From: Proteromonas lacertae
Taxonomy: Eukaryota
Direction of reading: 5' to 3'
Length of the DNA: 64,000 nt
NCBI GenBank assembly: GCA_002245135.1
Contig: NGBS01001166.1
Location: forward strand, 124,001-188,000
The notes under the pieces are model-generated. The model had not been told where the DNA came from, searched no databases, and was given only the letters and a program-made list of their open reading frames with translations. Shown here one piece after another: positions 1-14,737 of the stretch (position 1 is its first letter; each line of letters starts with the position of its first letter). The position numbers and the translations under genes are program-made.

Positions 1-36
1 GAAGAATCATCATATTCAATTTCTTTTATAAAGAAT

Positions 37-1039
37 ATGTTAGTTGATACTGAATCTGAATTGGTTGTAGATAATGCTATAACATTAACAACAGATACAT
101 CATCATTATATATCACTTATAAAGAATCAGATTACATTCATTATGATAATAATATTCTTACATCAAATACAATTGATATGATAAAAGAAGAATCTGAAGA
201 GTATGTTGTATGTGGTAATGAATCATTAATTTGTAAATCTCACAAATGTGAAAGTGTTATAATGAAAGAAATTGCTTTAGAATATAAAAGGAAACTTCAA
301 AAAACAGATGTACAAGTAAAAATAGATTATCCTAATCAATCAAAATATACATTAGTTCGAAAAAGAGATATTGAAACAATGTATCCCAACAAAAAGTACA
401 TTTCAAAAATACAAATTCCTGTAATGACAGTAGCAGCTCATAAACCATATATCCCTCTTAGACATATATCCATATCCAACTATGCTATTAATCTCTAATT
501 ACAAAAATTATAAAAATGAGTATATCCTGTTAAAGCCAAAATATGAAACTCTCAAACTTAACAATGCTACTAATATGGATACAATTAAACAACTTCAATA
601 TCAAATAGAACAGCAAAAAGATGCTATCAGACAATTAAACGAAGATAGACTGAATATGGTTAGTAAGACTGAATATAACTCTTTACTACAAAGAATTAGA
701 GAGTTGGAATTACAACCAATGACTAAAACTTTTCCTGAAACTCAAATAATGTCCTCTTCTTCTGCTTATACACCACAAAATTCACATTCAATGTCTAAAT
801 CCATGTATACTCAATTAGAACCAAGAATATATAACCCTACATATTCTTCAAACAATAGTCATTTAGTAAGTTCTGATATCATTCAGCCATCATCATTTTA
901 TGATACTCCCAACAACTCAAGAGTGAGATCTTCACAACCTCTCAACAAATCCTTTAATTCTTCATTTCAGCAATCTATTCAATCAATAGTAAAAGAAACT
1001 GTTGAACAAACATTACAAGACATGGATTTGGATATATAA
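37..1039 (+). CDS. Unknown protein, 3' part (coiled-coil then Ser-rich tail); probably begins upstream of the window
   Basis: Two overlapping ORFs (37-498, 482-1039) joined by a frameshift or small intron; no recognisable domain. Confidence 0.5.
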
Positions 1040-1275
1040 TATAAAATTAAATGTATGTTGATATTTTTTAATAGTTACGTAATTATACCTTTATTTAATT
1101 TTTCTTTTTGACTTTGCTGTTATAGTTCTACATAAACAAAAATGTTTGGTGCGAAAATGTACATCCAATTTTTTACTGTAATTACATAAAATGTGCAAAA
1201 ACCCCCTTAAATCTTTTGTTTTTGTTAGTTAATCAAAAAATTAAGTCTAATAAAGAGCAGCCCAAGCCATTATTT

Positions 1276-2433
1276 ATGAGTAAATCAACGATTGTGGAGC
1301 ATATGATAGATACTCCAATTGAGGACCAAGTAAGTTAACTAATTTAATTTAATAGCTGTCACCAGGTGATATAACAGCACAGATTAGAAGCGACAAAGTT
1401 CTTTCACCTATATCGATAGTATATTATTTTTTTAAAGCTCATTATAGCCACCTGCGTTAAGTATTAAGTCAAATGCTATACTGACTGACGGTTCTTCGAA
1501 TACAACCAATCTATCACACGTAATGACACCTTTATCTCATCCTAGCGTATAAATTGCTCCTTTATATAATAGTTGATACTGAGACACTTTTTTAAACCAC
1601 CAACGTTTGAAGTATTTTTTAAATATTTATATATAATAGAAAAAAGAGGATATAGCAGCCATTAAGATACAATCACATTTTAGAAGGCATAGAGTTCAAA
1701 ACTATTTTCTACAACATGAAATTATGCGAAGAGTATAATAATTCTATCATGCACATATAATTTCTATAGAAGCAACTCGAGTTGTCAATCAAACATGAAG
1801 ATGTACAACTGAGGTTGTATATGAAGATGAATATAGAATATGACGTATTACATGACCACTTTATACAGGACAATAAAGGAGATGGGATCTCTCGTAAAGG
1901 AATATTTCAATAGAAATACATTAGATAAAAGAATTGAATATTTAGAGGAAGTATTCTTCAAAATAACTGATACTGAAGATGTAAACTATATAACAAAAGA
2001 ACAATTAAAACACACATTATTATATATGTTGAATTTTCATGTTACGGAAGAAGAATGTGACAAAATATTACTTAATTCTAGTCAGAAGATAAATAATAAT
2101 CATATTAATGTGGATGAGTTTTATATGATACTAGAAAAATGTATTTATAATATATTAATAATGTCATCTTTAGTTAAAAATACACAAGTCACCATGAAAG
2201 GTAGAATCTTTTCATTATGTAGATCATTCATCGAACAGTTCTCATTGGATAATATCGAAAAATATATGTTCTTGAAATATAGCTCTATTGCTAGATCTAC
2301 AACATTTAAACGGTTTAATGAAGCAAATCCTCCATTTTTGCCTTGTGATACATGTCATATGGCATTTTTTACATTGAAACAATATTATAAACATATTATT
2401 TCGCATAAATTTAAGAACAAAGCAAATAAATAA
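1276..2433 (+). CDS. IQ-motif / EF-hand / C2H2 zinc-finger protein (multi-exon)
   Basis: AAIKIQSHFRRH IQ motif near 1655-1700; EF-hand-like loops TDTEDVNYITKEQL and NNNHINVDEF; CDTC-x12-H-x3-H at the C-terminus; short GT-AG introns after ATG 1276. Confidence 0.6.
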
Positions 2434-2671
2434 TTTAAAAGTGTTATTTATCATCTAATATAAATCTTAGCCTAATAATTAAAGCATACTTATCTTGTAT
2501 TTTGTAGTGTTTTCTGAATTGGGTTATAACTGGATGTGGAATAAAAGAATTAAAAAACGAAAGCTTGTATAGAAAGCTTGAACTTTAATAGAAAAAATCG
2601 TTATACCATTTTTCTTTTATATACTATAAGTTATATACTTATTTATTTGTGTGTTTGTCGTTTTATAGTAA

Positions 2672-4163
2672 ATGTTACCTCCTATACAGTTAAGGACAAA
2701 GGAAACTATCAACTCCTTGTAATTTTGCTCAGAACGTACATGTTAAAGAAGTTGTAAAGCCAGCAGTTATATCACCACCATCTACAATATTTAAAGTGAA
2801 CATTCCAAAAAGAAAATTAACTCCTGCATTCCCACAACAATTTTTACGAAAGTTATCAATAGGCAGTACACCAAAATCTCCTAGTGAAGAACCCTATTCT
2901 ATGAGAAGAGCTAGCATGACACGTTGTGGTAGTTCAACACCAGATACTGGATCAAGATCAAATTCAAGGAAGAATTCTATCAATTTTAAAGTTGGAATAG
3001 CTAAATCAAAACGAAATGAAATGTTTGTTAATCAGTTGCATAGTACTATTGAAAATGTGAAAAATCTGACAGGATTAGGTAAAAACTTCAATGAAAACCC
3101 TGAACTGCAAAAACAAATAGCAAATGATATTATATCCAATTTGAAAACATGCACTACTACATTAAATCAAACACATGTGCTGTTATTAGATGGAGATATA
3201 TGTATGGCTTTGTTTGATTTAGTATATTGATTATTTTGATTTTTTATTTTATAAATAATAGATAGTATATTGTTTCTCAATAGCCTCACCCAAATCTACA
3301 ACTGAATTTGTGAAAGATATTCGTATAGGAATCAGCATCTTTATTAGATACAATAACTCAAAGCAGTATGTATGTTGATGGTCCAATTACTGAGTATATT
3401 ACACCCAAATTAATAAATCATTTGATTCAATTATTACCTGAAGTTAATCAAAATGAGATTAACACTTATACACGATTTTTATCAAAGACATTTACTAAAT
3501 TTGAATCTTCTAGAGAAATTATCCAGAAAGAATTATTATCATTATTTCAGATTGTTATTTATGATGAAGGTGGTTCTTATGATATTCCAGAGAATTATGG
3601 AATTTTAATGGAATTTTCTAGAAGGATTTTCAACACAACACCCAATAAAACTACTAAAATAGAATTTGATTTTTTCAAATATTGTGTATTACAATTATTG
3701 AAAGTATAATAAATATATATTTATATCGTTATTTTATATTGAATAGAAAAACAATATTGCAATATTTACCAAGCCTTATACAAGCTTAATGAAATCATTT
3801 TTATTCAGAGATGAAGAATGTTGTTATGAAACAGTCACTGCCATTAAGAGATTTTGGCCATATCAAAACTGGAAGAAAGAAACATTTTTCTTAGAAATAT
3901 TATCATTAACAACTCAATGTTTGAATGATAAAGGTATATTAGATGAAGATGTAATGAAGAGAATAATAGAAATATTATACATTCCTATTCATTCACCAAA
4001 ACATCAATTAATAAATGCAGTTTCTGAGTTTTGTGATGATTGGTTTACTAATATGATTAGTTCTTATCCTAATTTGAAAGATCAGTTGATGAATGAAGTA
4101 CAGAAGTATAAAACAGCTGCAGAAAGGTGGGGTAAGATGAAAATTGATGATAAAATATACTAA
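2672..4163 (+). CDS. Divergent PP2A regulatory subunit B' (B56)-like protein (multi-exon)
   Basis: AIKRFWP...KETFFLEIL and IHSPKHQL segments resemble the B56 C-terminal repeats; ORFs 2796-3230, 3368-3709 and 3789-4163 are separated by intron-like gaps. Confidence 0.55.
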
Positions 4164-4220
4164 AATAGAATAAAACATATAATTTAAATTGCATATTTAT
4201 AAGAAAGATTATAAATTAAA

Positions 4221-4707
4221 TTAATTATCTTCACTTGAAATAAATAATGGAGTAATTGTCTCTAAATAGAACTTCCTCAATTGCTTTGATTTTTCTAATA
4301 ATTCTTTTCTTCTTGTTGAATCTTCCACATCCTTCAATCCATTCAAATAATTAGTATTAATCTCAATATTGAATCTTTTACTTTGAATAGTTTTAATAGC
4401 ATCATCACATGAGAAATTCTTTATTATAACTAAATAACAACATAACAATGAAGGACTTCTACATCTACCAAATCTTGAATGTATTAATATCTTTTTATTC
4501 AAATCCATTCCTTCATCAATAAACCATATTAATTCAGGTAATAGTTTTAATAATATCTTAAATGAAGCCTATTAATATATTATAATATATTAATAATATA
4601 TATACGATAGTATTATCATTCCCTAATACACAATATTTATGATCAATTGATGGAAATGTGGAGAGATATTTATAAGGAGAAATCTATTAAACAAAATAAA
4701 CCAATTA

Positions 4708-4744
<37 letters not shown>

Positions 4745-6012
4745 GTCATATCATTCGTAGAATCAAATAATGAAATAATTCTTGTGAAATTATGACTAGA
4801 AACATATTCTTTTAAAGCACTTTGATTATCTCCAATCCAAATTTCGCCACCTTTACCATTTTCATATATCAAATGAGAGTGTTGTTCATTATATCTTTCA
4901 ATCAAATATTCTCTCATCTTTTCATTGTTATTATCTCTAGCCAAATCCCAAAGATATTTATTATATAATTTGCTGGTAATATAAGTAGGAGTACCACAAT
5001 CTAATAACAGTTTCAAATTGTTTAATTTTCCCATATAAACAGCCCAATGACCAGCACTCCAACCCCATGCACTATCTCTATCTAAATAATTACATTGAAA
5101 TAATTTGGTAATTAGTAATAAAGTGTCTGTACTTGACATTGCTGCTGCTATATCTAATAAATTTCTTCCCTATTTCAAATAAAAAAATAAACATAAAAAA
5201 TAATATATACTAAATTATCACGAATTGTAATATTAGAGAGAGGAGCTAAATACTTAATGATTTCACATCTATTGTTAATAATAGCTAAATGTAATGGAAT
5301 ATATCCATTACAAGTTGATAAATTTGGATCACCATTTTCTTTGATTAATAATTCAACAATATCTAAATATCCATGAGTTGCAGCTATATGCATTGCTGTT
5401 TCAGCCTTGTTCGTTGGTTATATTGACATCTTGACCTGATAATAAGTATTTATTGACTTCATGAGTTTGACCATTTCTAACTAATGAGAGAAATGTTTTA
5501 TTTCTTACTTCTATTCGACTATGTTGAGAATTTCTATTTAATATAATAAAATAATAAAATTAATAATATACAAATCTTCTTTAAAACATTTCTTTGATCT
5601 TTCAATTGTCATTGTTACAGGTAATACACAATGATTAAACTTCTTCTTCAATCTTGAAAATCCAATATCTTTTACATCATGTCCATCAATTCCAACTAAT
5701 ACATCTCCTTTCAATAATATCGGATACATATTACTATACGTCTCATTCCATGAACTAATGATTCCTCCATAACCATATCCATCATCTGGAGGTTCTGTTA
5801 ATACAATATCTAATGGCGCTGCTTCTCTTCCTTCTAATGCACCTGCTTCTTTATCATATTCATCACAATCATCATCACTATAACCTGAACCTACTCGTAA
5901 TGTGTATGTTATATGTCGAGTAAAGAGAATTGTGAAGGGAGGTAACATATCGCGGATTTTGAGGATTATTTCTTCATAACTGGCTGATTCTACTGATTCA
6001 TCATTAACTATT

Positions 6013-6046
<34 letters not shown>

Positions 6047-6585
6047 TCTTTGAAACGAAGAATCCTGCTGGGACATGATTGTATTTTTCATATGCTTCAT
6101 CACTCATCCAACCTCCTAAGACTGCATGTTGTTCTAAATGACCATCATATAAGAATATTGGTAGTGGTTGACTTTCTACAATTATTTCTACTTCTTCCTT
6201 TCTTGGTATAACCAACTTCTTCTTCTTCTTTTCTGCTTTCTATGAATAAATATACAAAAACATACTTGATGTCCTTCTCCTTTTGGTGGAATTTTCGCTA
6301 AATAAATCATAATTTAGAATAATATATACTACTACACCATACAATTGAATGATTAGGTATATCGTGTAATTGCTTTACATAAGATCCATCTAATAATAAA
6401 TTCATATTTTCAATCATACCTAAAGCTAGAATCAATGAATTTATCTCCATCATATCCAATTTTTCTTTACATTGTCTTATAAAATGATCCCAGTCTGTTT
6501 TATTTGTTAAAACCATTCTATATTGATTGTCAGGATCAACATCACCTTCTTTACAAATCAAACAAGACTTAAACTCAGAAGTCAT
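4221..6585 (-). CDS. Multi-domain protein: PDZ-like segments, ankyrin repeats and a C-terminal dual-specificity phosphatase-like domain
   Basis: Ankyrin motifs (TAMHIAATHGYLDIVELL, GYIPLHLAI, GWSAGHWAV); DSP-like IWIGD...ILIHSRFGRCRS; co-directional ORFs linked by short introns. May be more than one gene. Confidence 0.65.
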
Positions 6586-6686
6586 AAAAAAATAAAAAAA
6601 AACGAAAATACACTTGTATAAAATATTGTATTTTTGTATATTTAGAAAAACATGATTTATATTTACATTTTAATATATTTACATAT

Positions 6687-8192
6687 TTAGAAGAAGACAA
6701 TGCTTAACACTGTAGTTAATACACCAACTATAACACCTACTGTAATCATTGTAGCTGCTAAACATATTTCTTTCTTTGAAAATATAGTAGCACCTCCTCT
6801 ATACAAATTTATTACTGCCCAAGACGGTAGAATCAATGAAATCAAAGCAGATGGAATACCTCCTAATAATTCAAATACTTTACTAATATCTTGGAAAAAG
6901 ATAGCTATTAACAATGATGCTATATAATAAATAAATAATGTTGCTATAATATACAGAAACATAATAGAAATGACAAAACCACATTCACTTTCATTGGTAA
7001 TTTCGTATTTTCATAAACATCTACACCTTTCTTGTACAGAAACATTAGAGTAAATCTAATAGGCAATATGTTCAATGGAAATGATAATATCACATTGGCT
7101 CCTAGTAAACAATAAGCTAAATTAATAATGATATTCATAATGATTGGTTTAGAAGGGATTTTCATCATTAATAATATATCGCCTTTTGTATCTGTCGGAA
7201 AAGCCCAATAACCAAACAAACCAGTTGATACAAGTCTATAAATGAATAATTAATATTATATACGCAAAAAAGCATAAGAATAAAGCAATAACACTCACTT
7301 TTCTCATCTCACTTTCTATTGGATTAGATAATTCACTTTGTATTTGAAATGTATTCACTTGACAGGTGAATGAAAATAATATTATTGGTAATGCTGATAT
7401 AGAGGATGTTGATAGATTGAACCATTTCACTGTATTATAACCATCAGTAGGATGATAATACATTGCATAGATAATCACTGAAAATGTGAAGAAAATACAA
7501 CCAATTAAAGCGATTGAAGAGGTAAATGATAGTTTATCAATATTTTGATTGAATGATAGTGGTAACATCAATAACAGCCAAAATACTATAGTGATTGTTG
7601 TTCTGTTAATATAGATGGATTCAATACCAAAATAACTCAAGACTGGGACAAATAAATCTCCAACAGCTATCAAATATGCTATACAAGCACCATAACAGAA
7701 TATAAACAATGAAGCTGATAGTAAATACACTCCAATTTGACCAATTGCCATTTGACATAACTGTTCATAGGATACTGCTCCTGTAACATTTCTTGCTTTA
7801 CATAACATGTTTATTGAATATATTGTGGAGATCATTGCTAGCAAAGAGTAAATAATTCCCAAAGTCATTCCAGTTGAAGCTATGGCATATGGCATTGAGA
7901 CTAATCCTGCACCTAGTGTAGCACTGCATAGATTAAACACTCCTCCCATCATTGAACCTTTTTTAAGACATGAAAAGCTATTCTTAGATTTTTCTTTATT
8001 TTCATCATCTGAATTTACATTATCAACATCTAATTTTAGAAACATAAAATTAATACCTGACAATCTTGTAATTGGGATTTGGATGTCAAAACTCCCTCTT
8101 TTCAACACTTTTATTGCTTTGAACGTGTCAATTAAATCGTTATCGATGTCCATATCACTGGTTTTAAGATCAAATACTTCCTTTTCACTCAT
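6687..8192 (-). CDS. Amino-acid transporter (AAAP/Aa_trans, SLC38-like)
   Basis: GGVFNLCSATLGAGLVSMPYA, FSFTCQVN and FGYWAF motifs; many transmembrane segments. Confidence 0.9.
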
Positions 8193-8277
8193 TAGAAATA
8201 AAGTGAAGAATATATTCGTTACATTTAATTGTATTTTCTTATTTATCAATCCAATACAATAACAATAAGAAAGATAT

Positions 8278-9609
8278 TTACATATTTATACCAATTAAAT
8301 CATTAATGTTCCATATCTTTTGTTCTTCCGTTAGTTCTTTAGTTTTAAATCTCATTCCGTTAAGTATTCTCATATATCGATCAAATATTGTATCATTTTT
8401 ATACATATAGTAAAATATTTTTAACCAACTTCTTGGTGTTAGATCTGGCATTCCTAAATATTCTTTCATTGGCTTATAAGATAAATAATTTACTGAATTT
8501 ATTACATTAGAACGACTAAGATCATTAGCAAAATCATATATATTTTCTATATGAAAAGACTGGTAATTAAATTCATATATTCTAAAAGTTGATGTTTGTT
8601 TATTTGGCTTTATACTCCCACCTACATAATTTACTACAAATGCATTTCTGTTTTTATCCTTTACAACTCTAACTTCAGGAGAATGAGTATGACCTGAAAT
8701 TACAGCAGTAACAACATCCCAGTATTTATTCAGCAACTCTTCCACTCTTTTACTATAATATTCGGCAAATTCATATGAATGAAGTGGTATATGATTCAAT
8801 ATAATTGCTTTTTTCTTTTCTTGTTTTGTTTTTCGAAGTATTGATTTTAACCATAATAATTGATCTGCTGGATCTTTCACAGGAGATAATACATTCCATG
8901 TTTCTACCCATAAACAATTCAATACTATTATTCTATTGTTATTAACTACATCAGTATAATAATATCCACCTTTCATGAAGTATTTGTAACTATAAAGAGG
9001 AATTGAAGGCTATTATATAAAAATTAGACATAATAACAATCTTACTTTCCATATTTCATAGATTATTTTAAAGTACCAATGAGGTAAGAATGAAGGAAGT
9101 TGATCTAAAGGAAAACTATCATGATTACCAATAGTTGGAATAATTGGAATATCTGGAAATATCGTATATAATAAATTTGCAATAATTTGCATAGGATGAG
9201 TTGTGTCATATAAGAATAATATATTTAAAGAATGATCTGGAATGTCTCCAGTGAACAATATTGCATCTAATGTATATTCTTTATGATTATTATAATAATT
9301 CTTTATCCAATAAAGTGTATCATTTATTAAACTGAATGGAGTACCACATCTTTCATCACCATATTCACCAGATAATCCTAAAAGAAAATAATATGAAATA
9401 GTAAATACTATAACTGTAGAATGGTAGTGATGATTTACGGCAACATCCAAATAATTCTGCAGGACAGTCAGCGTAGGCTCCTTTTACATAATCTATAACA
9501 ATGATTGCTATTGACTAATACATGGATCGAAATGAAAATCTGATAGTTGCAACATGGTGTGATATCCATATACTACTGAAAATATTAATGTTAAGTTGAA
9601 ATATTTCAT
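8278..9609 (-). CDS. Acid sphingomyelinase-like phosphodiesterase (calcineurin-like metallophosphoesterase)
   Basis: SDFHFDP, TGDIPDH, GNHD, NHIP and GHTH metal-binding motifs; hydrophobic N-terminus. Confidence 0.88.
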
Positions 9610-9896
9610 TTATATTATCAAAAAGTGATAAAGTATTTTCTGCCAAACAAGTATTATTACTTTTTGCTTATATTTCAGTAATTTCTGATTTATTTTATGT
9701 ATTACAGTCATTTATAAACATTTTCTTTAACCTTATACTCTATTTCACTAATTCATCCAGATCACTTTATTTAATCCTCAACATCTCAGATCACATCCCT
9801 TTTATACCACTATATCATATTAAACAAATCTGATATAATAATACATCTTATTAAAGTAAAACTGAAACTTAAAATTTTGAATTTTTGCCGTTTTTA

Positions 9897-12800
9897 ATGG
9901 ATGGTATGTTATAGTCTGACTATTTATCTATAGAATTTGATATAAACTATACTACTGCTGATGATAATCACACTGATAACCCATCACAACCGGGAGACAA
10001 CAATGATGATTTAATCGCCATGGCTGAAGGTCTTCTAGGAGACATTTCTTCCAATAACGGTGATGAACAAAAAGAGAATAATGTAGATGATAATATAGAG
10101 AAAACTGAAAATGCAACTGAAGAACAGAATAAAGAAAGTAATGAAGATGTTAAGCCTGCTCAAAATAATGATAATGATTTAAAAATAGATGATATTGATG
10201 ATATAGAAGATGAATCACCAAAATCTATTCCAAAACAATTACCTCCAATAAATTTACCTTCACATAATTTTTTAGAACCAATAGAACCAAAGGAAAATAA
10301 AGAAGAAGTAAAAGAAGAAGATGTAAAAGAGGAAAGTGTAAATGAGGATAATCAAGAGAATAATCAGCCTAATAATGTTAATACCGATGATTTAAAAGAA
10401 GAAGATATTGATGATTTAGAATCAATAGATAACTCACCACCAAAACTAACAGAGGAGAATAAAGAAGATGAGAATAAAGAAGAAGAGAATAATAAACACG
10501 AAGAAACTGATAATTTGAGTGATTATGATGATTTAGACGATTTATTATCAGATAAGAAAGAGAATATAGTAAAAGAAAATGATGAAAAGGAGCAAGAAGA
10601 AGTTAAAGAAAAGGAAGATGAAAAGTAGTTAAGAGAATGAAGAAGAGAATGAAGAAGATAAAGAAGAAGTTAAAAAAGAAGTTACAACAGAAGAAGATAA
10701 AAATGAAGAAGATAAAAATAAAGAAGATAATGAAGAAGAGAATAAAGAAGAAGTGAAAGTAGTGGAAGAAGAGGTTAACAATGATAATAATGAAGAAGAC
10801 ACAACAAAAACCAATGATTTGAATGATTTATATGATTTTGATGATGTAAATACATTACTATCAGATAATCCAACAAATAAGCCAATAACAACTACAACAG
10901 AAGAAGAAAAAGAGAAAGAAGATGATAATATAGACAATATTGAAGAAAAGGGTGAAGAAAAACTTCATGAAAATGAGAATAATGACGAGGATAAATTAGA
11001 TATATCAAACAATGGTGATAATAAGGAGGAAAAAGAAGAAGATATTGATGATTTAGAATCAATAGATAACTCACCACCAAAACCAACAGAAGAAGATAAA
11101 GAAGATGAAAATAAAGAAGAGAATAATAAACACGAAGAAACTGATAATTTGAGTGATTATGATGATTTAGACGATTTATTATCAGATAAGAAAGAGAATA
11201 TAGTAAAAGAAAATGATGAAAAGGAGCAAGAAGAAGAAGAAGAAAAGGAGCAAGAAGTAGTTAAAGAAGATAAAAATGAAGAAGATAAAAATAAAGAAGA
11301 TAATGAAGAAGAGAATAAAGAAGAAGAGGGAGAAGATAATGAAATTGAGAATAATGAAAATAATGAAAAAGAAAAACCAGATGATGAAGATGATGATGAT
11401 AAAAGTGATGATAATTTAAATGATGATGTTTTAGATGATCTATTATCTGATAAAAAGAAGAATATGGAAGATAATGATGAAGAAGATGGTAATGAAGAAA
11501 AAGAAATTAAAGATGAAAATAATGAGAAAGAAAAAGATGAAAATGAAGATGATAAATTAGATTTATTAAATAGTAATGATGAAAAAGAAGAAAAAGATAA
11601 CAATGAAGTAATAGATGAAGATAATAAAGAAAATGAAAATGAAAAAGAGGATAATGATGAAGATGAAGCAATGGATGATGATTTTGATGATGATTTTGGA
11701 GATACAATTGAAAAAGAGGAAGAACCAAAAGAAGAAAAGAAAGAAGAAGAAGAAAAGGAAGAAGAAATGAATAAAGAGAATGAAGAAGAAGAAAAACATT
11801 CAGAGGAAGAAAATAGTGAAAATGAAAAGGAAGAAAGTGATAAAGAAGAAAAAGAAGAAGATAAACATGAAGATATTAATGTCAATAAACAAAGTTTCCA
11901 AACCACAGAAGATGAACCACATTCAGTAACTGAAGGAGATGAATCAAAGCAAAGTCTTTTAATAACTAACAAAACAGATGATCAACAAGACAATAACGAA
12001 TTATCAATAGTAAATGAACAAACTGATGAAGGAAGTAGTAAAGATATAAATGAGAATGAAGTGAATAATGTTGATAGACCATTATCATCACATGATGCTA
12101 TTGGACAATATGGATATATAATGGAGAATGAAGAAATAGAGATGTCTGCTGTTGAGAATAATGATGATAATAATAATGAAGAAGAAATGTCTAATTATGA
12201 CTTTTTACAAGAAAAACATCAACCAAATAAAGAAGATGAAGAAGATAAAGTAGATAATAATAATAAAGAAGAAGAAATAAAAGATAAGGAAGAAGAAGAA
12301 GAAGAAGAAAGGGAAGAAAATAATGATGATAATGAAGAAATGGAAAATAGTGAAGAAAATGAAAAAGTTGAAACTGAAAATGAAAAGAAAGAAGATAATG
12401 AGGAAGAAAAGGTTGATAATGATAATGAAAAAGAGGAGAAAAAGTCAAATGATAATATGGATGATGATTTCGATGATGATTTTGGAGAAGCAAGTGAAAA
12501 AGAAGAAGTTAATGAAGAAGAAAAAACCAAAAGATGAAAATGAGACAAAAGATGAGGATGAAATCAAAGATGAAATAGTTGAAGAGGATGAACAACAACA
12601 GCAAGAAAAAGAAGATGATGAAATAGAAAATGAAGATAATGATGAAGATGACATGAATGATCTATTAGCTGAAGCTCCATATCAATCACCAGCAATAAAG
12701 AAAGAAGAACAACAGCCAAAAGATGAAGAAATTAAAGAAGAAATAGATGAAGATAATCAACACGAAAAGTCTCAAGAAAATGAAGAACCAAAAGTAGAAG

Positions 12801-14198
12801 AAGAAAATCCAAAAGAAGAAGAGATAAAGGATGAAATAGTTGAAGAAGATAATCTGAAGGAAGAACCAAAAGAAGAAACTGTTAAAAAGACTGAAGATGT
12901 AAAAGTTAATGATGAAGAAGATATGAATAATCTATTAGCTGAACCTCCATATCAGTCACTAGCAATAAAGAAAGAAGAACAACAACCAAAAGAGGAAGAA
13001 GCAAAAGTTGAAGAAGAAATTAAAGAAGAATTACCAAAAAATGTCGAAGAAAAGACTGAAGTGAAAGAAGAAACAACACCAGATAAAAGTCCAAATGATT
13101 CAACAAAACATCATCATCACCACCATCATGATAAAGATAAAACCAAAGAAGTAAAACCAATACACAAACATAGTAGTAATAGTTCAAGATCAGAAACAGT
13201 AGAACCAACAAACTCAAAGAAAGATAAAATGAAGAAAAAACGATCAACAACCACTACTACTACAACTACTCAAGATAAGAAAAGTAAACATGATATTACC
13301 ACATCTTCATCTAAGCCAGTACCTTCATCATTACCAAATATAAACACAAAAACAGAAGTGAAAAGGAAATCAAGAGTTCCAAACTTTGATTCACCTACTA
13401 AATCTTCTATAAAATCAAAGCCACCTCGATCAGATAGCAAAAAGAGAAATCCTTCAATTAAAAAGAATAGTACTACAAATGATTTATATTATGAAAAACC
13501 AGCTTCACCTAGAAGTGGTGCAAAAAGTGCAGAAGCACCAGTTCTTATGGATCAGGCAGTTGATTTAGAGAATGATGATTTAGAAACCCCATTAGATGAA
13601 TATGAAGAAATGCTTCATGTATCTATTATTATATTATATTTATTATGTATAGAAACAAGTTGCTGAATTAATCAAAGAAAGAAAAGAAGCAGTGGATGAT
13701 GCAAAAGAAATGAAACAATTAATAGACACATTTTTAACATCAGCAGATAAAATCAAAAATATTCTTAGAAAATTTGAGAAAAAGTTTGGATATAGTAATA
13801 ATACATCCCTATTGTTACGTACAATGAATTCACATATGCCTGACATACAGAAAGCAATGAATTTATATTTAGATCCAAAGAAAAGATCACCTCAACCACA
13901 TTATGATGCAATAATTGATAAGAAATTATCATTACCATTATTAGTTAAAACACCACATAAATTACCACCAGAGCCGTTACCTCCTGCTGCAATGAGATCA
14001 ATGATGGTAAGACAACAGAAATATGTTGTTCAATCTAGACCTGAGTTTGATACAAGACAAACACAATTACCTCCAACTTTTGATGATATTGCTAGAAGGA
14101 ATAGAAGAGATTATATTTATGAAAAACCTCGTGTATAAATACTGATTCTTATTATGTTTTATATATAGAAACATCGTCTACATCCTTATGCTCAATAA
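9897..14198 (+). CDS. Very long acidic (D/E/N/K-rich) low-complexity protein with a basic, Pro-containing C-terminal region
   Basis: Co-directional ORFs 10020-10628, 10753-12537, 12323-13666 and 13692-14138; frame changes near 10625 and 12530 fall in A-runs; short introns at both ends. Confidence 0.65.
10394..11240 (+). repeat. Intragenic direct repeat, ~210 bp x2 (about 10394-10602 and 11031-11238)
   Basis: KEEDIDDLESIDNSPPK...HEETDNLSDYDDLDDLLSDKKENIVKENDEKEQEE occurs twice with near-identical DNA. Confidence 0.9.
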
Positions 14199-14737
14199 AC
14201 CTATTAAATATTTAAGTCTATTTTGTTTTCATTTACTTATGATGTTAGTATGTACTGAAAAAATGTAGAACATCTGTTTTTATAGGGAATATTTAAATCA
14301 CTTTTCATTTATTTTATTGCATCTATCATTTTAATAATACAATTAATTTATTACATTCTAATATTAAGGATGCTTCTGTTTTATTTTACAAAAGGAGAGT
14401 ATGAAGCAAAATGTGAATGTAAATTGGTTAGAACTATAACAGAACTTTGGTGTTAGATTGTTCATATAATAAGGCAATTGTAATAGGGTGTATATTACTG
14501 CAAAGTTAAGAAGTCAGTATGGATGATTAATGCCACTTGGCTCCCAACAGTCAAAATGATACTCAGAATTATTGATATCATCAGTACAATCCATTTTTAA
14601 TATTCATCATTGTAAATGGTAATCCGATGAAGTCGTAATTCATTCAAAAATTATAAAAATGAATTTAAAATCATTTTGATTGGTTCGTTTCATCATCATT
14701 CACTTTTATTTCATTTAATCATTTTCATTTAAAAAGA

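Noticed and set aside
10629..13250. Long minus-strand Ser/Phe/Leu-rich ORFs
   Set aside because: Antisense shadows of the GAA/GAT-rich acidic gene
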